Source: Macrostomum lignano (Eukaryota). Taken from it: 64,000 nt of DNA. The notes under the pieces are model-generated. The model was not told the origin of the DNA. It saw only the letters and a list, made by a program, of their open reading frames with translations, and did not search any database. The DNA lies in the NCBI GenBank assembly GCA_002269645.1, contig NIVC01002594.1:22909-86908 (forward strand), read 5' to 3'. Made by a program: the position numbers and the translations under genes. Shown here piece after piece: positions 58,501 to 64,000 of this stretch (positions within the stretch are counted from its first letter, which is position 1; the number at the start of each line of letters is the position of its first letter).

Positions 58501-61500
58501 TGATGGTTCTCGGCCACCGTCGTCGCCAGCATTCGCCGAGCGTCCGGTTGCCTCGCTCGACGATTCCGTTGCCGCTCGGATGAAAACGGCGACGTGCGCG
58601 TCTTCTCGACGCCCAGCTGCTCGCAGAGCGGCCGAACACCTCGCTCTCGAATTGCCGTCCCTGGTCACTGTGCAGCACCTGAGGAGCGCCGTGACGCAGA
58701 ACCACTGATTTGAGCAGCGCATCCGCCACCGTCAACGCGTCGATCACCGCCAGGGCTGCCGTCTCCATCAACTTGGAAAAGGCGTCGCACATGCTCAGGA
58801 TGTACGCCTTGCTATCAGTCGTACGCGGAAGCGGCCGTTTGATGTCGATCTGCACCAACTGCCACGGGGCCCATCGGCTGGCACGTCGACTGTAGCGGCG
58901 CCTTCTGCGGCTTGGTTGGACTCTTCTTGGCCAGGCAGACGCGCAGCTGGCCACCCAGTTCTCGACGTCCCGTCGCAGACCAGGCCACCAGCAGCGCTCA
59001 GACAATCTCACTCCGGTCCTGTCGACGCCGAGGTGTCCGCTCTGGTCGCACGAGTGCGCCTGCTGCAGGAAATGTGGCCGCAGGTGACCGGAAATGACTA
59101 GCGGCCACCCACCAGCAGGAACACCCGCCGAGCTCACCGAGGCCTCTCGTCCAGCAGTTCGCAAACCTGCGCTGCCCACAACGGACAGGCTGTCAATCCC
59201 TTCGTCGGTCAGCGCCTGGAACGCCTTGCTCAGCAGCGGGTCTTGCAGTTGCTCCTCGTGCTGGCGGCTGTCGTCCCACCGAGGCTGCAGGCGCGTGCCG
59301 GCCACCGGCTCAGTGCATCCGGCACGACGTTGTCCCTGCCAGGCCGGTACAGCAGCTTGAACGAAAACTGCTGCAGCGTCGAAAGCCATCGCGCCATCCG
59401 ACATTCGGGGTCCTTTGTTGCGAGCAGACCTTGCAGTGGCCGGTGGTCCGAGTAGACTCTGAAGCTCGGGACACTCAGCAGGTACGTCCTAAGTACTTCA
59501 GACTCCAGACCAGCACCAGCAGCTCGCGGTCGGTCGCCGAGTAGTTGCGCTCGCCTTGTTGAGGGTGCGCGAGGCGAACGCCACAGGCAGCTCGGCGTCA
59601 GCGTGCAGCTGGCTGAGCACGCGCCGACGGCGAACTGACTGCTGTCGCACAGCTGAGCACGAACTGCTTGGTGAAATCCGACAGCCTCAGCACCGGAGCC
59701 GTCGTCAGCCGGTCCTTCAACTCGCGGAACGCTCGCTCGCAGTCGCTGCTCCACGCGAAGTCCCTCGATTTCCATCGCTGACGTCGTGCAAGACCCTCGC
59801 CGTCTGGCTGAAGCCTGGATGAACCGGCGGTAGAAACCCAGCATTCCGAGAAACCGCTTCACCTCGTCGGTCGTCGTTGGCTGGGCATGCTGCGAATGGC
59901 CTCGACCTTGCCGGGATCCGGTGCGATGCCCTGCTCGCTGATCAGGTGTCCCAGGTACAGCACCCGCGATGACCGAACGCGCTCTTGGCCTTGTGCAGCT
60001 TGAGTCCCGCGTCTCCCAACGCTTAAAAACTTCCGCCAGCGTCTCCAAGTGCTCGTCGAACGTCCTGCTGAAGACAATGAACAATGAGACAATGAGTTCC
60101 ATTTAAATGCATACTAGTAGCTATTCCTACACCTGTCTAAATAATTATAAGTAGAAATGTTATCAATATCATTTTTTCAATTTTTATTGACCTAGTCTTT
60201 AGAAAGCCATCCATTTTTAAGCCAAGGCCTGAATGCAACAATATTATTACTAATGTACTTTATTTAAAAAGGAACAAAACAAAATTTTCACTGGTGAGTA
60301 GCTCGTATTTACAACTTTGACTTGGCTTATGAAGTAGGAAGAAAACAATAAAAATGAGCTTTTACGACACAGCTATACAAAATACAACAGAGTAACATAC
60401 TGTACACGTTAAATTAAAGGAATGGTAATCTTCACTGCCCTAGAATCAATGCAAATACTGATTTTGGGGATGAAAAATGATTTTTTCTTATCTTCACAGT
60501 TTCTTTTTACAAGAAATTGGCCCCCTAAAAAATTAAATCATTGAGTTTTACGTCCTGTTATACTATATGGGTCCTTGCTCAAGTGACAACTGACAAGTCC
60601 AAATGCGAATACGCATGACAATTAGCGTTAAACATAAACAATAAACATACACGCGTGTATAAAGTACGCGTGCATTAAATATAATTGGCACTAATCCAGA
60701 GAGCTTGGGTTGTGCGATGTATTAATAAATTCGTGAGTTTTTTGCCTGGGCTCTGTAGTCAAGTACTGTCGATAAAATTGCAGCGCGATAATCCAGCGCC
60801 ACCTATTAATGGGACTCTTCCTGTTAAATAATTGAGGCTAATGGAGAATGTAAGGTGACATTCTCTCAATTTCAAGACTCTAGAGAACTGAGCCCAATAT
60901 GGCAGACATTGAGAATCTGAGTGCATCTGGTAAAGTTTGCAGCTGATCTCGGGCGCTATTTAGTAAAGCTCATTCTCTCTCTGCTTTCCTTCCCCTTACA
61001 GCTACAAGCGGCTAGTGTTCAAGAATGGCGAGTGCAACATCTCGCACTACAACATTAAGAAGAGAAAGCGCCGCTTTCTAGCGGACATCTTCACCACCCT
61101 GGTGGATATGAAGTGGCGCTACACCCTACTGCTATTTGTGGTCACCTTCATCTCTGGCTGGCTGTTCTTCTCACTGATGTGGTGGCTGATCTGCTTCGCC
61201 CACGGCGATCTCGACGACAAGCGACCACTCGGCTTTGTGCCCTGCGTCATCAACTTGGACAACTTTTCAGACGCGTTGCTGTTCTCGATTGAGACTCAGC
61301 AGACCATTGGCTATGGCTATCGCTATCCAACTGATCGCTGTCCAGAGGCTGTTTCTCATGGTGATGACGCAGAGCTGTTTCGGCGTTATTATCCAGGCGC
61401 TGATGACCGGCTTGGTGTTTGCGAAGTTGTCCCGTCCGAAGAAGCGCGCCGAGACGCTGATGTTTAGCAAAAGCGCCGTGATCTGCAAGCGCGACGGTCA

Positions 61501-62112
61501 GATGGTGCTGCTGTTCCGAGTCGGCGCATGCGTAAATCGCAGCTGATCGAAGCCCACGTCCGCGCCGTCCTCATCAAGAAGCGCATCACCCGCGAAACGA
61601 AGTGCTACCTCTTGAACAGTTCGACATCGATCTTGGCTACAACGACGGCTACGATAGATTGTTCCTGGTGTGGCCGATCATCGTCGAGCACAAGATCGAT
61701 TGTAATTCACCGTTCTGGGAGATCTCGGCCGACGACCTACAGACGGAACAGTTCGAGCTGATCGTGATGCTGGAGGGCATCATCGAGTCAACTGGCATGA
61801 CCACGCAGGCCCGTTCCAGCTACCTGCCGTCTGAGATCCGCTGGGGCCACCGGTTTGAACGGCTGATCACCTATCAGAAGGACAACGGCGAGTACCAGAT
61901 CAACTATGAGAAGTTCCACGCCACCCGAGAGATCCCCCGGTTCCCGCGCTGCTCTGGCCAGGGAGCTGGTCGATTTTGCCGGCGACGAGGAGAACTCCTC
62001 GGCCATCGGGTTATCTCGGACGAGGACTGTTCGTCGACTAGGACCACGAATGCCGCCACTGCTGCAGCCATGGCCGTATCAGTCTCCGATGATGCAGCTG
62101 GCGGCTCAGTAG
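55523..62112 (+). CDS. Inward-rectifier potassium channel (Kir/Irk), main exon interrupted by four frameshifts (assembly error or pseudogene)
   Basis: Exon 55523-55699 (phase 2/2) joins in frame to an exon starting at 61002: ...STRR|[13 protein letters not shown]...[16 protein letters not shown]...[10 protein letters not shown]...CPEA...[17 protein letters not shown]...[15 protein letters not shown]...[17 protein letters not shown]...[22 protein letters not shown]...WGHRF...PRCS(A)REL. Frameshifts occur near 61350, 61527, 61590 and 61953. A possible ATG at 55464 would need a 54-nt intron. Confidence 0.8.
55800..56260. repeat. Purine-rich GAGGA/GATAG low-complexity array
   Basis: Direct reading. 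Lies in the Kir intron. Confidence 0.95.
57365..57560. repeat. Imperfect inverted-repeat (MITE-like) segment
   Basis: TTTCATAAACCTCGAAATTTCACATCGTCGAAA is mirrored by ATGTGAAATTTCGAGCTTGTGAA and by TTTCGATGATATGAAGTTTCAAGCTTGTGAAA. Confidence 0.45.
57990..60080 (-). mobile_element. Ty3/Gypsy pol fragment (RT C-terminal half, RNase H, integrase), frameshifted, no LTRs, antisense in the Kir intron
   Basis: Motifs [137 protein letters not shown] and KWKGPYRV. The order is RT-RH-IN. Confidence 0.92.
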
Positions 62113-62382
62113 AACCATTGCCGGCAATGCCGCTTTCTGCATCTTTCAGCGCCCAACTTGACCCACGGACAGCAAATTTCAGGACTTGGGTGACGGATGC
62201 GCACAAACTCAACGATGAACTTTGGATTGTATTTTTTTCATCTACAATATTTGGAAAACACTACCGTCTGTTTAGTCCACTGATGACTAAGATCAAACAT
62301 TTCTCCAGTCGTTGTTTGCCGGTAGTTCCGATAACTGTAATTTGAGTTCCTGTCCGTTGTTTTTTATTCTCATGCCTGTGTC

Positions 62383-62749
62383 CATGGGCGTCGCCACCGG
62401 GGGGAACAGGGGAGACATGTCCCCCCCAGTGAAAGCTACGGGGGGCATGCCAATGCTTTGTCCCCCCACCCCACCTTGTTGACCCATTATGGAAATCAAT
62501 AATTTTGCTTCAGGGCGACAAAACATAGCGCCTGCAGCACCAAAATGAGGGCCTGTGGCGCCAAAATGAGTACCTGTGGCGTTAAAATGAGTGCCTGTGG
62601 CGTTAAAATGAGTGCCTGTGGCGTTAAAATGATCGATGAGAACACCGATTCGGAAATAATGTACATGTAGGAATTTAGTCATTCGCATGTACATGTAGAA
62701 TTCTCAGCTTTGTCCCCCCCCCACTATAAAATCCATGGCGACGCCCCTG
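62383..62749. mobile_element. hAT-like MITE with 14-bp TIRs and internal 21-bp tandem repeats
   Basis: TIRs CATGGGCGTCGCCA / TGGCGACGCCCCTG. Internal (CCAAAATGAGTGCCTGTGGCG)n. The flanking 8-mers match only partly (CCTGTGTC / GCTGTGCA). Confidence 0.8.
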
Positions 62750-64000
62750 GCTGTGCACACCCCCTCAACTCTCCCTGTTTGTCTAATCGCATTGGTGTAC
62801 GAATCTAGATTGTATTGACAGTTTGTGTTTACAGCTAAACAGGAATAGTTTAGCAGAGGATCTTGCAATAAAGCACTTTTGGTACTCTATGTTACTCGTA
62901 GTATTACACGTCTAGATATGTCTATTCAACAATTCAATAATTAAGAAACGTAAATAAATCGGTATACCGGTATTATTTGATATGAACATTTTTACGCCGG
63001 CTGTGAAGGCTTCTCATCAAATTTGACGAGCATCAGACACTTTATCGACTAAATTATTAATTGTTGTCAGGCTGTGAACTAACACTTAAGACTTGCAATT
63101 GTCATAATGCGAATGAAGTGTATTTTGCTTTTACTGCCTGCGTTTTTCGAGCTCAAATACGCTTGTTTCTGATGGTTGTGCGCTAGTCGAAAAATGTTTT
63201 ATTGAGCGCAGTATTAATCTGTTTCTACATCAGTTTTTATAACGGAGTCGGCTTTTCTATTGTATGTTATCCATTTCCCTATGCAAAAACCTCTCGTTGG
63301 TAATCCGAGTGCACCTACGTTAAAATGCGCGCTTGAATGCTTCTTCATTCGCGCTTTGAAGCTGTCAATACCTTTGAAGGATGTTTTACTGTGGAGATCA
63401 TTTTACGAGCTACTATCAGATACGCTGCATCACCACGGGAATTGCTTGTCTTTGCAGCAGCCTATCTGAGGAGAATTGTTTGTCCGTTTTTTACGACCGA
63501 ATAGCAACTTTATTCATTTTTAGTATATAATTTTTGTATATTCGACATGGATGGGTATCCTACTATGAAATAATATTTGTGCCATGTTTCTTTTGCGCTG
63601 TGTTTTTATGACAAGTTTAATAGTTTATTCGATATTGTTGCGACTTCGATTTGAACTTTTAGCAGACTTTTCAGTTGAACAAATAGATTACTCGTATAGG
63701 CAAAAATGGTGGAACTGGTATGATGTAATTGCTTTTTTCAACTCATTTTCCTGCTAATTAATTGAAAGCTCATCATAGAAAGGGCTACAAAAGACTGCAG
63801 AAAGGACTACAGTTTAAACTTTTGGGACATGTCAGCTCTTGACTACTTGCAGTAAGTTAAGTAGTATTATCTGCAAAAAGCGTTCGATAGATATCAAACT
63901 TATTAAGAACCTATTGTTCCAAAGTGTAAGCACACCTGCCAACACATTCCATCGATGGTGGCAGGCAGAAAGCTGGGAATAATAGATGCGCTTAAACGAC

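Noticed and set aside
62293-62694. 133-aa ORF with THFNATG repeats (also 1350-1589)
   Set aside because: Translation of the internal 21-bp repeats of the hAT-like MITE.

Overview
Eukaryotic animal genomic DNA. GC-rich exons, minisatellite-filled introns and dense TE relics suggest a free-living flatworm such as Macrostomum, which is an inference from sequence style only. Four host genes can be built by hand: a peptide-type class A GPCR with a single coding exon (minus, 7305-8468); a three-exon ERR/NR3-like nuclear receptor (plus, 22337-29090, 560 aa); a 13-exon serotonin-transporter-type SLC6 gene (plus, 40802-52749, 643 aa); and an inward-rectifier K+ channel (plus, about 55523-62112) whose main exon has four single-base frameshifts. 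There is also one orphan exon-like ORF (about 34999-35799). Mobile DNA includes a Penelope-like retroelement in a (GA)n tract, two Ty3/Gypsy fragments, a CORE-like tRNA SINE, LINE 3' fragments and several MITEs. About 20 unrelated tandem arrays are present. The most unusual observations are: (1) the Penelope-like ORF appears to carry its GIY-YIG endonuclease upstream of the segment that normally links RT to endonuclease, and it has a minimal hammerhead ribozyme in its 3' end, with a second hammerhead-like end stacked in the same microsatellite; (2) a 1.8-kb minisatellite is built from the Pol III A-box of the SINE it abuts; (3) every long intron of the transporter gene holds its own distinct minisatellite.
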